Shown here piece after piece: positions 13,301-27,516 of a DNA stretch of 64,000 nt. The notes below the pieces were generated by a model that saw only the letters and a program-made list of their open reading frames with translations, had not been told where the DNA came from and made no database searches. The DNA comes from Octopus vulgaris. Its lineage: Eukaryota. The stretch covers positions 7,874,001 through 7,938,000 of the forward strand of contig OX597814.1 of NCBI GenBank assembly GCA_951406725.2. The letters are read 5' to 3'. The position numbers and the translations under genes are program-made. How positions within the stretch are numbered: position 1 is the stretch's first letter; every line of letters starts with the position of its first letter.

Positions 13301-14872
13301 TAGATGAGATTATTTAAGGTTGTCAGATCATTCCCCTTATTTCTTAAGATCTGTCCTAGGGCAACGTTATATGTCATGATTGTGTTGTTATTTCTTGTGC
13401 CATTTGAAAACTTTGGTAGCAGTTCTCTATTAACCATGTCAGTGAGCTCAATCTTGCCGAGTTCTCTCATAATGTCCACTTTTGCTTCCATAATCTTTTC
13501 TCTATTATTCACCTCAAATTCTATGTCATATCTATTTTGGTTTTCTTGAGGAAGGTCTACGTTGTCCTCTTTTTTCAAATCTCTTGTCTTCGCTATTCTT
13601 TGTTTAACTTCCCCATCGGGAAGTTGATTTGCCGCTTGTACACTGGCTTCTATGCTACTGTTACCTATTTCGTCTATATTGTTGCTGTTTTCTTTTGGTC
13701 TACCATGAGCTATTAGTGTCCTAATTTTGTCAATTTCAGCGTCAGTTAGTCTTTTGTTTTTAATTATATCTCTGCGTACATTACTTAATTTATTTGCGTC
13801 TATATATCTACGTACGTCATTGCCTACTGAATTTCTCCATGAGATGTATGTTTGTACACTGAGGTTATTGTTTGGGTTTAGTTGGGCTGTATAAAAAGCT
13901 TTCAACGCATCTCTATAGTCCTCTCTGGTCCATTTTATACGTTTTGCTTTAGGTGGTGTCACTACAAGTCCAGAGTTAGAAGTATTCTGGTTCTGGTCAC
14001 CTGGTAGATCGTCTTTTTGAGAGTTTGTTCCAGCAGCAAACTTTTCGACCCCAGTCTGGTTCCCTACTGGGTAACGCGGTCCTTGTTGTCCCGGGCGATG
14101 ACCGATCCGGCATGATTTTTGGCTTGTTTTCATTAAATGATTGACGGCGACATCAGAGGGGTCCATTTTTTCAGAGTCAACTTTTTGACAAGACGCCGCT
14201 TCTGAATTCTCTGAATTAATATATTGTTCATATCGAACTCGCATAAGACTTACAGATCGAAATTCGCCTCTATTTCTTTTGGTAGACATGTTTCCGGGCA
14301 TAACTGTTCGGTGACTTTCTAAATTCAGTGACCAATTTGCTCCTTTTCGCGTTTGTTCGTGAAAAATCGCTTTGTTTTTGTTTTGTTTTCGTCCGCGTAA
14401 CGTGGTTTTTCTTTCTGTGTGTACGTGTGAGCGCGTGTAAGCATTATTTATGCTTTATAATTAAAATGTGTACGTGTATGCATAAACAGTTGCATGTATA
14501 CTTATTTAATTAATTAATCAATTTATGTATTTACTGTCTTTCAAGAGCTCTGGTGTTCGCTTCTATTTCTTATGCATGTCACATAGAAATATTATGCATA
14601 AAAGAAAGAAAACCATACTATATATGGCAATAATAGTTCGGACTTTTTAGTTACTTTGCCTTAAAAGAACATTTGGAAAAGATATTTTGTGGAACCTTTC
14701 TTCCATTGCAACGATGTTGTTGGATTAAATTCGTTTTTCGGAGAGAGGCTCCCAGGGAACATCCATGTTGTTATTCAGCCCGGAGCTTTTATCTTCTTCT
14801 TCAACCTTTCGTCTTGTTTTGTCCCTTTATGTAATCATGCGTGTCAGCCCTTGTGGCCAATAAAAAAGAATT
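10320..14872 (-). mobile_element. Near full-length Dong/R4-clade non-LTR retrotransposon (RT, CCHC and restriction-like endonuclease), two frameshifts
   Basis: Consecutive ORFs 12079-14301 (RT start), 11508-12026 (MDDLKL) and 10372-11511 (CRFC..H..C zinc knuckle, HD, RPDIIV..E..K PD-(D/E)xK motif). Flanked on both sides by (TAA)n. Confidence 0.93.
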
Positions 14873-14900
14873 AATTATTATTATTATTATTATTATTATT

Positions 14901-15447
14901 GAGTGAGAGAGCAGTGCATGCCATCAAAGTGACACTGGAGTAAAATATATGAAACCCAGTATACCCATTGTGACTACCCGTCTGATAAGGGTACACCAAG
15001 CACATGCATCACAACCATTTGTGCGCGACATAGTGATCTCATATCAAGATAAACAGCACATGACCTTGCAGGTGGAGCCCAGTCAGAATTTTCTTCAGGT
15101 CGAGTAGCCCATCCTGCTCAAAAGGTCCCTGAATAAGGGTTGCTTTAGGATGTTGAACGAAACACCCATGTTTCCAGAGGTGAATTATTCAAACTCCAAA
15201 GAATCCCTCTCAACACATGCCTATGATGCTCCCCCACTACTTCTACTCGTGATCAGAGATGCACGTATTGTCAGCCACTAAGGGACATGCTCAACTGGTT
15301 AAGGTCAAACATCTGACAAGCAAATCTGTGGTATTGAACAGAATATTTGCTGTAGCCCATCTTTTATAGCAAGACAAAACAATGTACATGATGACACTTC
15401 CAATCAGTTAAGATCAGAAGCCATGAGAGCCACTGCCTGGTACGGCA
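14901..15447. mobile_element. ~550-bp non-coding module between two (TTA)n tracts, probably a non-autonomous or terminal fragment of a TAA-targeting element
   Basis: Sharp boundaries with TTA tracts at 14872-14900 and 15448-15692; no ORF. Confidence 0.45.
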
Positions 15448-15486
15448 TTATTATTATTATTATTATTATTATCATTATTATTATCA

Positions 15487-15529
<43 letters not shown>

Positions 15530-15627
15530 CATTATTATTATCATTATTATCATTATTGTCATCATTATTATTATCATTATTATTATTATCATTATCATTA
15601 TCATCATTATTATTATTATTATCATCA

Positions 15628-15685
<58 letters not shown>

Positions 15686-15692
15686 TATTATT
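15448..15692. repeat. (TTA/TCA)n microsatellite
   Basis: Direct reading. Confidence 0.95.
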
Positions 15693-15699
15693 CATGTAC

Positions 15700-17606
15700 A
15701 CTCAACAGATTAGACTGTTGAAAAGAAAAATTCCTAACATCAGGCTACAACAGAATAACCTTAGATGCCAAGAACCCTCCTAAGCATCCGAGCTGTCCCT
15801 AATAACACTGTTTTCTGGAGCTGTACTAAATTATGTGTTATGCCTATTTCCTCTATCCATCTGTTCGAATCTTTAGCGATAGTTCCCAGTGCACCTATAA
15901 CTACTGGAATAGATTTTACCCGCACTTTCCATAGTCTCTGTAATTCAGTGGTTGGGTCCTGGTACTTTGCTATTTTTTTCTAAACCATTTATATTGACTT
16001 TCTCATCATTTGGGACTGTAAAGTCAATTATCTAGCACTTTCTATTCTCTTTATCTACTGCTACTAAACCAGGCCTTCTAGCTTCTATTACTCTGTCAGT
16101 CTGAATGTTAAAGTCCTACAGCATTTTGTACATTCTAGTTCTTTACTAGGTTCATCTTCATACCATTTATTAGTATGAGCAAACCCTAGCTTTCTACAAG
16201 GCTCCCAGTGGATTACTCTCTCGAGATTGTCATGTTGTTTCCCGTATTCTGTCTTTGCCAGCATGCTACATTCACTAATTATATGAAGAACACTTTCCTC
16301 TTTTGATTTGCATAATCTACGTTAGGAATCTACTTGGTTTTGCTTATTCTTGCTTTTAACCAATTAGTCCTAAATGCTTGATCTTATTCAGCTACTAACA
16401 ACTTTTTGTCTCCCTCTTCAGCTTTCCTTCCTGCAGCCATAACCATGTCACACTTCTACTATTTACTGCAACTATCTTTGGGAATTTACCATGCAACACT
16501 TTTTCCTACCATTCAGATAATTCCCCTTGTTTTTTACTGATTTTTAAGTTTGTTTTCCTATGCCTTGCTGTGACTCTAGCAGCCCTTCATAAATTTTCTT
16601 CACCATTACCTACGTAGGAGTCTATATCTACTCTAGCTAACTCCAAGAAGTCTTCTACTGATATTAACCTACTTCTCACCTTCCTTTTTAGGTAAGCATA
16701 ATCTTGCTACTCCTGCCCTTGGATGAATTCCTCCATTCATATTGAATTCCTTCCTACTTCTTCTGCTTAGCTTTACTAATTCAGTTTTTGTCCAATCTAC
16801 AAAAGCTGCTGAGTATCTAAGTAAGGATACTGCCCAAGTATTTACAACCTTCACTAGATTCAGACCAGTTAGATTTTACTTCATTAACTTCCTCTCACCC
16901 TTCTGATGTACTCCTTCTCAATTTTCCTTTTCATTTCTATAGTTAGTTCCTTGTCAGATTCTAATACTCTTAGATACTTATAACACTCTCCTCCTTTCAA
17001 TGATTTTAATGTCTGGCCATCTGGTAATTGGATGCCTTCGCTGTTGACTGCCTGTCCCTTTTCACCATTACTAATATTGCACCCTTATCTATGCCAAATT
17101 CCATGCCTGTATCTTTGCTCAAGAATCTTACATTCTGTATTAAGGGATCTATCTCTTTTTCATTCTTACTAAAAAGCTTCTGATCATCCATGTAGAGCAA
17201 ATGGTTAATTTTTCCCTTACTATTTCTGAACTGATACCTGGCCTCTTTCCTTCCTTAATACTAAACTGGGGAGGGATCAAACATAAGACAAAATATTAAA
17301 GGGGACAACGACTCCCTCTGGAAAATTCCTCTTTTGATATTAACTTTTCCTAAGAGTGTGTCACCTGAGCAGAGATCTACTTTCCATTCCTTCATGCTAA
17401 AGCTAATTAATTCTCTTTTGTTGTCTGCAATTACTGAATATACTCAAACATCCACTTAGCCATGAGTGTGGGATCATGTCATAGGCTTTCGTATACTCTA
17501 TCCATGCTGTTCTTAGATTTTCCTTTCTAGCTTTTACTTCATTTAGAAATGCTTTGTCTCTATATAATGGATCATGCATTCCTGTAGCCTTCTTTCTTCA
17601 ACTCTA
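15700..17606 (-). mobile_element. Degenerate Dong/R4-like LINE (RT to RLE)
   Basis: Fragments LYMDDQKLFSKN and VNTWAVSLLRYSA..IHPRAGVARL. 3' region encodes a PVIVGALGT-like motif. Next to TAA tract. Confidence 0.8.
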
Positions 17607-17654
17607 TCATCATTGTTGTCGTCATCATTGGTGTCGCCGGCGTCATTATTATTA

Positions 17655-19735
17655 TAGACTCTCGGAGAGTTCTTAATTACCGATTGTTCTTCACTTGAAA
17701 GCAGGCAACAACAAATCACCAAAGGTTTTCCAAGTTGTGCCTTCTCCTGTGACTCAAAGAGACAATACTCTCCTTAGAATGCGAGCTGTACCCATCAATG
17801 CCATCTTCTGGATCACTTTGAGCCTGACAGCAGCTCCAGTATTCTTCATATGCATTTTTAAAGCCCTTGGAAACTGCTCCTAATGCTCCAATTACCACCG
17901 GTATATCCATTACATTCCTCATGTCCCATTACTTTCCTATCTTGTACCGCAATGGCTGCTATTTCTCAATTTTTTCTCTTTCCTTACATTTCACCCTAGA
18001 ATCACCTGGTATTGCAGCATCTCTTATCTTATTTATTTATTTTTTCATCTTTATGGATGATCACGATATCTGGCCGTCTCACCTCTATGACTTGGTGGCA
18101 CTGCATGTTATTTTGTAATGTTCATTTTCCATTGTTCCGACCATTGTTCGGCTCTCTCGAGGTTTGCTTTACTGCTCAACAACCAGTGGACATATCTGGC
18201 CACATTGTCATGTCTCCTTTTGTATTCACATTGTACCAGCTTACAGCACTCACCAACAATATGGCTTATACTTTCTCTCTTCTCAGAACATATCCTACAC
18301 TGTGGCGAGTCAGTATTTTTATCAATGTGATATTTAGAGGAGTTTGTTCTGAGAGCTTGTTCTTGAGTGATGCACACTACTGCCTCCAGAAAGTCTCCTT
18401 TCTGCAGCCATTTCCAGGTTCGATTCCAATCAATCTCATCTTTATTCTTCAAGAACTGACTGTGCATTTTCTTGTCCTGCCAAATTTTCTTCCTCTGCTC
18501 TCTCTTGACTTTCTTTAATCATGTTGGATCTGCGGCTTCACTTTTAAGGATCCCTGCATTTTCACTGATTCAATCATTTCTTCTTTACTCCCCTTGACAT
18601 ACCAAGCCAGGCTCTTCTCCTCTTCCCTTACACAACCTTAACTACACACTAATCCCCGTCCTCCCTCTCACCTCTTTACATACAATCTTGACACATCACT
18701 CTTGGGGTGTAGTTCCTTGTTCAATGTCATTAATTTACATGTTCTCAGGTCTATCTCTTGTAATTCATGCTTCTTCCAAGATACTATTCCGGCTCCACAT
18801 CTCATCAAAGCAACTGCCCATGTGTTAATTGCTCTAATCTTATAGTGGCCATTTAGCTTTGAGTTCTCCTCAAATACTCTTTCTTGTACATTTCTTTCAT
18901 CCTGTATTCATTCATCTTATCTCTTTCAATGATACCCGAATACTTATATCCTTCCTCTCCAACTTTCCTTATAGTTTCACCACTTTCCAGCTTGATACCT
19001 TGACTTTTACTGATTTTTCGCCCCTTTTGAGAATCATTACACCACATATCTCAATCCCAAATTCCATGCCAATATCTTTGCTAATCCTCTGCACAAGTTG
19101 CCATCAAACTCTCAATTTCTTTCTCAGTCTTAGCGATTAGCTCTAGGTCATCCATAAACCACAGGTTGTTTACTTTCACCCTGCCTAGAATGTACCCCAC
19201 ACGCATCTTTCTTAAAAAGGCTTATTAGTGACATTATACAGGCAACAGAGGTGACAGACTGTCCCTTTGAAAGATTCCTCTTTTGATATTTACCTCTCCC
19301 AGCTTATTTCCCCATGCTGTGAGTTCAGTTCATCACGTTGCCATTGAGTTTTGTATTAGTTTCAGGATATCGCGTGGCAGCTTAAGCAGTTTAAGGCATT
19401 CAATAATCCACGAGTGTAGGACCATATCATGTTTTCCGGCAGTCCACCCATGCCATCATCAACTTTTTGTGTCTCTTTTTGCAATCAGCCAAGATAGTCT
19501 TATCGATTAGTAATTGATCCTTCATTCCTCTGCTCTTATGTCTACACCATTTTTTTGTCCACTGGGAGTAGCTCATTCTCATCTCCGTACTTATAGATGC
19601 TGTTTGATATGATGCCCGTCATCAGTTTCCGCATCAGTGGCAAACAAGATATTGGTCTGAAATTTCCAACTTCATTCCCTTTACTTGGGTCCTTCTGGCA
19701 TAGTACAATTCTTCCTTTTGTCATCCAGACCATTA
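17655..19735 (-). mobile_element. Degenerate Dong/R4-like LINE (RT to RLE)
   Basis: NFRPISCLPL, QEQALRTN..CRIC..ESISHIVGEC..YKRRHDNVA, PVVIGALG. Confidence 0.85.
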
Positions 19736-19877
19736 CTTGAATGTCACTATTCCGTATTTTATCCGGCTATCTCGCAATTCTCCTATGCAGATCTGTCAAG
19801 TTTTTAACCCAAAATTCCTGAACCCCAACTGGGCCAAGCGCTTTCCAGTTACGAATTCTCTTGCACTGTTCTCTAAT

Positions 19878-20905
19878 CATCATCATCGTCATCATTGTCG
19901 TTTAAAGTCCACTTTCTATGCTGGCATGGGTTGGATGGTTTGACTAACCAGAAGGCTGCACCAGGCTCCAATCTGATCTGGCAGAGTTTCTACAGCCGGA
20001 TGCCCTTCCTAACGCCAACCACTCCATGAGTGTAGTGGGGGCTTTTTACTTGACACCAGCATGAGCATGAGGGCCAGTCAGGTGGTACTGGCATTGACCA
20101 GACTTGAATGGTGCATTTTATGTGCCACCAACACAGGTGCCAATCAGGCAGTTCTGGCATCATCCACGACAAGGACTTCATTTAACTCAACAGGTGTTCG
20201 CAAGTGTAGTTTATTGCGCAATGGTTGAAGGGTGCTCTTAGATGGGCTGGTTATGCTGCACTGGCGTAGGCTATGGTTACAGTCTCACTTGGCTTGCCAG
20301 GTCTTCTGAAGCATAGCATATCTCCAAAGATCATGGTCACTTGTTATTGCCTCTGTGAGGCCTAACGTTCATAGGTCGTGCTTCACCATATCATCCCAGG
20401 TCTTCCAGGGTCTACCTCTTCCACAGGTTCCCTCTATTGCTAGGTGTAGCACTTTTTCATACAGCTATCCTCATCCATACACAACACATAACCATGCCAG
20501 CGCAGTCATCTCTCTTGCACACCACATCTAATGCTTCTTATATCCAACTTTTCTCTCAGGGTTCTTAAACTCTGTTGTGTATCCACACTGACATTACACA
20601 CCCAGCGGAGCATACCGGCTTCATTCCTTGCAAGCTTACGCATGTCCTCAGCAGTCACGGCCCATGTTTCACTGCCATGTAGCATGGCTGTTCGTACACA
20701 TGCGTCATACAGTCTACCTTTCACTCTGAGCGAGAGACCCTTTGTCACCAGCAGGGGTAGGAGCTCTCTGAACTTTGCTCAGGCTCTTTGTATTCTTGCA
20801 GCTACACTTTCAGAGCACCCTCCCCCGTTACTGACTTTGTCACCTAGGTAACAGAAGCTATCAACTACTTGTAGTTTTTCCCCTTGGCGTGTGACAGAAT
20901 CTGTG
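19878..20905 (-). mobile_element. RTE LINE 3' portion
   Basis: ORF 20506-20748 (KGRLYDACVRTAMLHGSETW); (GAT)n tail. Confidence 0.88.
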
Positions 20906-20919
20906 ACAACTTTTCCAAG

Positions 20920-21345
20920 AACGTGTTTTGATTTTGAATACTTGACAAGCAATATCAGGTTGGTCTTGTGCATGCTCCCCTGGAAGTTGGGTGGTCTGTA
21001 TCTCTGTCCATTTTGGATTTATCTTAAATGTGATGAAGTAATCTGGCTTTCCCATTGCTCTCACTGTTGATATGGCATTTTGGAAGGCCTTGCTGTAAAA
21101 TCATGGACAGCTGGCAATGGTTGGTGGGAGAATAATTCTTCTTCCAGGTATTATTGTATCAGTTTGGTTGACAGTGTCAAGTAACCCTGAGTATTTTTCT
21201 GCTCTGATTGTCATTTGGTGGAGTTCAGCCCACCTTAGCCTGCTCCATTCCACTGTAGGGTTTAGACGACTGCACGTAAGGAGTTGGCGACAAATGTCTC
21301 CTTTAGAACGGTCGTACCCTAGCATAATATGAGAAGCCAAATACA
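20920..21345 (-). mobile_element. Helitron RepHel fragment (Rep region)
   Basis: GKPDYFITFKINPKWTEI..PG..DQPDIACQVF and IRAEKYSGLLD..GRRIILP match Helitron Rep motifs. Confidence 0.8.
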
Positions 21346-21401
21346 TCATATATAAAATACAGTGCCAACAGAATAGATGAATGAGGACAACAAACCATTC
21401 T

Positions 21402-22301
21402 ACTGTTTGAGAGAGAAAAGGACTTTATTCACAAAGTGTACAGAGAGAGAGAGTGTTTGAGTGGTAGTGAAGTGTTGTGTATGAATGCGTGCGACAAGTA
21501 TTTGTGATTGTGTGTTTGTGTGTGTGACAGAAGGTACAGACAAAAGGTGTATGCACATAAAACAGAAATACAGAGCATAGGATAAGTCTTAGCATATTGA
21601 GTTAAAGATAGAGTTAGTTTACCAGTTCATGAGGTACACAATAGTAAGAGTTCTATAACAAGATGTTAGCGGTTCATGTAGCAAAGCCAGTTACTACATG
21701 TGTAGAGGTTGGAGCTATCATGCCGTGCCGAGTCTCGATATAGTAACTTCTTTAGATATACTGCAACTGTTTTCCGTGGTGAAAGATTCATACTAACAGT
21801 GTGAGTTAAACTTGGTCGGTGTTGATGTGTACATGTTGTTGAAGTCGACGATGGAATGGAGACGATGGTGGAGACGACGTGAAGATGAAGTACGACGATG
21901 GTGATGAAGGCAGTGGAGATTGAGAATGTCCTACATTGCAGGCATACATTAGCGTCGTAGTGGCTGAAGCTGGAGCGTAACTGGTAGGCTGATCATCTGT
22001 CGCTGGAACTGGAACATGTCTGAGTAGCTCTGTGGTCAGTGACTAGACCTTAAAAGGTCTAAAGCCGAAAGACAAAGAATAGTGAAAACAAGTGCCTTAT
22101 AAAGAGTTAAGGTGGCTCAAAATGAAGCAGGCCTTATCCGAAGGCCGTGATTGGTTAGCTGTACACTCTGGTGTGAAATAAGTCAAGAGACAGACCACGC
22201 CAGCTGCCAACCAATCAGATCAGTGGATACAACAGGGTCAAACCTACCAAAGATGGTTGTAATCTCAAATGAAATCATTCTTATTGTGTCTCTCAAACAG
22301 T
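21402..22301. mobile_element. Insertion splitting the Helitron, possibly a solo LTR
   Basis: 13-bp terminal inverted repeat ACTGTTTGAGAGA/TCTCTCAAACAGT containing TG...CA ends; AATAAA on - strand near the left end; no TSD found. Confidence 0.35.
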
Positions 22302-22349
22302 GAGGTTATCAGATATGCTCCATTCTACTTTTGCCCACTGATCTACAGC

Positions 22350-23030
22350 ATATTATAATATGATCATCCAAATTAGTTCTTACCTGCAGTTGGTAAACGT
22401 AAAAATTCATCACTGTTAATGTTTCTCCATTTGATATCTTCATATTGACCTGTCAACCATCTAATCCCTCCGGTAGTAGCAGAACATAATGCAGTGGATC
22501 GTATGATCAATGGATAGAGTTTATTCACTGAACATGTCCATTATGATAGTGTATGATTACATCTAGAGGGTTCTTGATATCATCCGGAACCAATGCAGCC
22601 TCCTCTGGATTCATAGACAAGTTGTTCCGGCAACAGTGAGCCTTGGATGGTTTGAGCTTTTTGTCACGGTGTAGAAGGATTGAAATAACTTCAGTTATCG
22701 AAAGTTCTACAGCATCTTGAAATGATGCTAAACATGGATTTACTTGCTGAATATAACCTTATAGTGTCATGAATATATCTGCCTGCAAATCATTCATGTT
22801 TCATCCGATTCTCGTAGTGTGTATCAAAGAAGTACAGCTGTGCGAATGATGGCACTTGACTGGCTTCTGGCATTAAACTTCGAATGGCGTGATATACTTT
22901 ACCTTGGATCTTAAATGTGAGATTAAATCAACAACACAACGAATCTGTGTGCATTATTAAACTCTCGAATATTTGTTATGAAATTGTTATCGCTCCATAA
23001 CGACACACTGTCTGCCAACAAATTCGGAAT
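22350..23030 (-). mobile_element. Helitron RepHel N-terminal fragment, degenerate
   Basis: Minus-strand translation near 22810-22915 gives FKIQGKVYHAIRSLMP..PSFAQLYFFD, typical of Helitron N-terminal regions. Confidence 0.7.
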
Positions 23031-23591
23031 GGATTCCCGCTAAACTCTACCATTTTTGTAACAGATTTGGTTTCTTTGCTTTCCACATTTTAGCTGGAGT
23101 CACGGTGACTGGCATTGTGACAGGAGTACCACAACCCCAACAAAACAATTGACCAATCACCATTGCTGTATAATGTGGTTCAAAACCAAGGTGTTGTTTG
23201 CAGATAACAGACCCTGGGAAAAGACTGTCCAACTACTGCTGCACATCTTTCTCTGAACCTACTGCACACATATGCAGACTTCACTTGCTGATGGTAGACA
23301 CACTGCAGACTCACTTGCATTTTGAGCAAAATCATACAGAGCCCCTTGTTTGCACATTCCATGACAATACTTCTTACCAGCTTAAAAAATGTACAGTGTT
23401 TTTGCTTGCTGTCAACCATTGTCAACTGGTAAACATTTTGATTTTATAAACACAGGCATTTGTGCATTCATTTTCTATCACACGTTTGGCTAACAAGTTA
23501 TTCAGCTGACTTTGTTAAATGTGAAAATATCTTTTGTACTTTCTCCCAAACACATGTAAACCTTATTACCTTGCACAATGTTGTCAATTAA

Positions 23592-23809
23592 CCCTTTAGC
23601 ATTCAGACTGGCCAAATCAGGGCCTAGCATATAACTTGTTTTATATTTAAACTGGAAAGATCCAGCCTTTGTAACACCTACCCTACAATGTCATGCTAAA
23701 AAGATAATCACGTTATCACAATGTTTAAGCTATGAGATAATGGCATCGATTCAAAACAATGTGAATAGACAAGCATTGCATTTGGCTGAGGAATCTGAAT
23801 GGTAAAGGG
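23592..23809. mobile_element. piggyBac-type MITE
   Basis: TTAA-CCCTTTAGCATTCAGA ... TCTGAATGGTAAAGGG-TGAA terminal inverted repeats; related copy at 47993-51856. Confidence 0.7.
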
Positions 23810-24017
23810 TGAAGATGGATTCCTGTCTGAGTCCTGCCCAGTTGTTCTGATCTCTCTCTTAACTGTAATTATATGGGAGAAAGAGAAGTGATAGAGAGAG
23901 AGAGAGAGAGAGAGAGAGTGAATTTACTTTGACAACAAATGATGTATTTAATAACTTAACGATGTTTTTCCTAATTATTTTCTTTTCATTTGCAGAGCAA
24001 AAATACCTGTTGAAATC

Positions 24018-24030
24018 ATGGCGGAGAAAG
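24018..24030 (+). CDS. Host gene, first coding exon (MAEK-G); exon 23996-24030 including 5' UTR
   Basis: Polypyrimidine tract and TTGCAG acceptor ending 23995; ATCATGG start context; AAG/GTATT donor at 24031; phase 1 joins in frame to 37713. Confidence 0.7.
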
Positions 24031-25454
24031 GTATTTATTTATTTTTTTAATCATAGTTTTGTAAAATTTTCTCTTTTTGACTTAAATTTTCAAAAATACG
24101 ACTTGTGAAAATTTACAGAAATAAAAAAATAAAACCTTTACCCATCATCATCATCATCATCAGCATCATCATTATCATCAGCTTCATGATTATAAACTTA
24201 TCATCAACATCACCGTCATCATTGTGATAACCACCATCATCATCGTCATCATCATCATGAGCATCATCATAATAAACATCGTGGTCATGATGTTTATTAT
24301 GATGATGCATAGACAGCAACTAGCCTGAAAGTATGTCCTTCACAGTCTTTCACGTCCAGAACCAGTGACTTACCTTCCGGATCCAGGAAGATCATCTGTA
24401 TTGCAAGATCCAGATTTTTCTGAACCATCACGGTAACTCCACCTCCCGCTCCCAGATGACTTCCCAAGATGCATACACCTGCTTAATACAAAGAAATTTC
24501 AAATTCCAAAATATTAACTTAAATTGAAAATAACTGAATTTGTGATGAATCCTAGAAATGCTGACTGCCATGGGTGAATGATATATTTTGAGAGACAAAC
24601 TTTGAGGTACCAAGTGAGGTGATATTTTTGCAGAAAATAAAACAAACCTGAATATAGAATTGCTGTGAAAACAGCTTAGCAGATCAGGTAAATACCCTTG
24701 AAAGACACACAAAAAGAAGAATGGCCTCACAAGCCACTACAGAGAATCAAAGTGTGTACCTCTCTAATTTCAGTTAAGCTGTACCCTTAAGCAAACCCTG
24801 ACATCATCTACCATCTTCTAAAATGCTAAATATCTTAAAATTACAGAAATATTTTAATTTGTTAAAAATAATCACCTTTTGTTTTTGTCATTTGTTTTAT
24901 AGCTAATATTTATTGACAAGGTTTTCACTGTAACATTCCTATCACAGAGCACTTTCATTCTAACACAACTTTTGTATAATTCCCTTTTAAAATAATTCAC
25001 ATATTTTGATTTAAAAATCAATTTGGGGGGTTACTTGACATATTTTTTGGTCATTTAAAGCCACACCACTGTTTTGTGGCTAATATCTTTTAATGAGTTC
25101 CTCACAAAAAATTCATCTCATTGAGCACATTCTTTTAAAGTCAATTTCTTTCAAAATAATTGAAATATTTTCATTCAAAATCAATTTTTCACTTGACTTT
25201 CTCATTTTCACCTCAAATATTTTGACCTAACTTTTTTCCTAATGAACTATGATTATGATGACGATGAAATATCAATTAATTTATATCCAAATATAGATTT
25301 GGATGGACCATTATTACTAAAAAAAACTGAATTGAATTTGGTTTGGAACTGACTTAGCGATGGAGGCTAGAAGTTCTTATGAGTGATTCAAATTTGACCT
25401 TAAGAATATATTAACCACTATTATAGATTAATCATATGTATATCTATCTATCTA

Positions 25455-25953
<499 letters not shown>

Positions 25954-25959
25954 ATTTCC

Positions 25960-27512
25960 AGTAATGCTGCCAGCGCAAGTGCCAGTCAGGTGGCACTGGC
26001 ATTGCTCACAACTACAATTTCCATTTCCATTTTGATTTCAATCTTGATTTGCTTTTGGTTTCTGATTTTTGATTTTGATTTTACTCGATTTAATATGTCC
26101 TCTCAAGCATTGCGCATCACCTGGTGATTCAAGGGTACTTTTAAAGGGCTGGTTATGCGACATTGGTGTAGTCAATGGCTGTGGTCTCACTTTGCTTGCT
26201 GGGTCTTCTCAATCACAGCATATCTCTAAAGGTCTCGGTCTCTTGTCATTGCTTCTGTGAAGCCCAGTGTTCGAAGGTCGTGCTTCACCACCTCATCCCA
26301 TGTCTTCCTGGGTCACCCTCTTCCATGGGTTCCTTCCACTGTTAGAGTACGACACTTCTTCACACAGCTCTCTTCATCCATATGCAGCACACTCATCTCT
26401 CTTGTACACCGCATCTGATGCTTCTAATGTCCAATATTTCTTTTCAGATGCTTACACTCTGCCATACATGCACACTGACATTAGACATCCAGCAGATCAT
26501 ACTAGCTTCATTTCTTTTAAGCCTACGTATGTCCTCAACAGTCATGGCCCGTGTTTCACAGCTGTGTAGCATGGCTGTTCACGCATGTGCATCATACAAT
26601 CTACCTTTCACTCTGAGTGAGCGGCCCTTCATTACCAGCAGAGGTAGGAGCTCTCTGAACTTTGCCCAACCTATTCTTATTCTAGTGGCAACGTTTTCAG
26701 AGCAATCACCCACACTACAGACTCGGTTGCCTAGGGAGCAGAACCTATCAACTACTTCTAGTTTCTTCCCTTGGCATGTGATGGAATCTGTTTTCTGAAC
26801 ATTTTCGGTGTTTATTGCACCTGTGCATCAGCTGCACACAAAAACTATCTTCCTGGTTAACTTTCCTTTGATATTGCTGCACCTCTTATGTGTCCATAGC
26901 TTACTCTGGGTACATCTTATGGAGTTTCTACCAATGCTTTTTCTACAGATCGAGCAGGGCCAATTACCTGAAGGAGTTTGTACATTGTCTGCTTTCCTAC
27001 TTACTAGGACTTTGGGTTTTACTACATTGACTCTAAGGCCCGTCAGTTCTAAACCTTGCGTCCATACCTGGAACTTCATTTCTAATTCTGGCAGTGGCTC
27101 AACAATTAGAGCAAGATCATCAGCATAGAGAAGCTCCCTGGAGAAGCCTGTCTTGAATTCCTCTGTTATTGCCTGGAGGACTATAATGAATAAGAGGGGG
27201 CTGAGCACTGATCCTTGGTCAGCCCCTACTTCTTCCTGGAATTCTTCACTATACTCGTTGTTGCCAACCTTCACCTTATTGACAGCATCCCTATACAAGG
27301 TCTGTACAGCTCTTACTAACCACTTGTCGATCCTTAGTTTTTGCATTGCCCAACAGATAAGGAATCAGGGGAGCCTGTCAAAGGCTTTCTCCAAGTCAAC
27401 AAAAGCCAAGTACAGATGTTTTTCTTTGGCTAGGTACTTCTCCTGCGGTTGCCTTACCAGAAATATAGCATCAGGGGTGTTTTTCCCTGGCACAAAACCA
27501 AACTGCGTCTCA
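25960..27512 (-). mobile_element. Degenerate RTE LINE
   Basis: ORF 26828-27346 (QGSVLSP, LLYADDL, WPCSIC..HKRC). Confidence 0.88.
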
Positions 27513-27516
27513 TATA

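Noticed and set aside
15404-15783. Poly-Ile, poly-Asn and poly-Leu ORFs (also 10048-10345, 24113-24319, 28693-29175)
   Set aside because: Translations of microsatellites and low-complexity DNA
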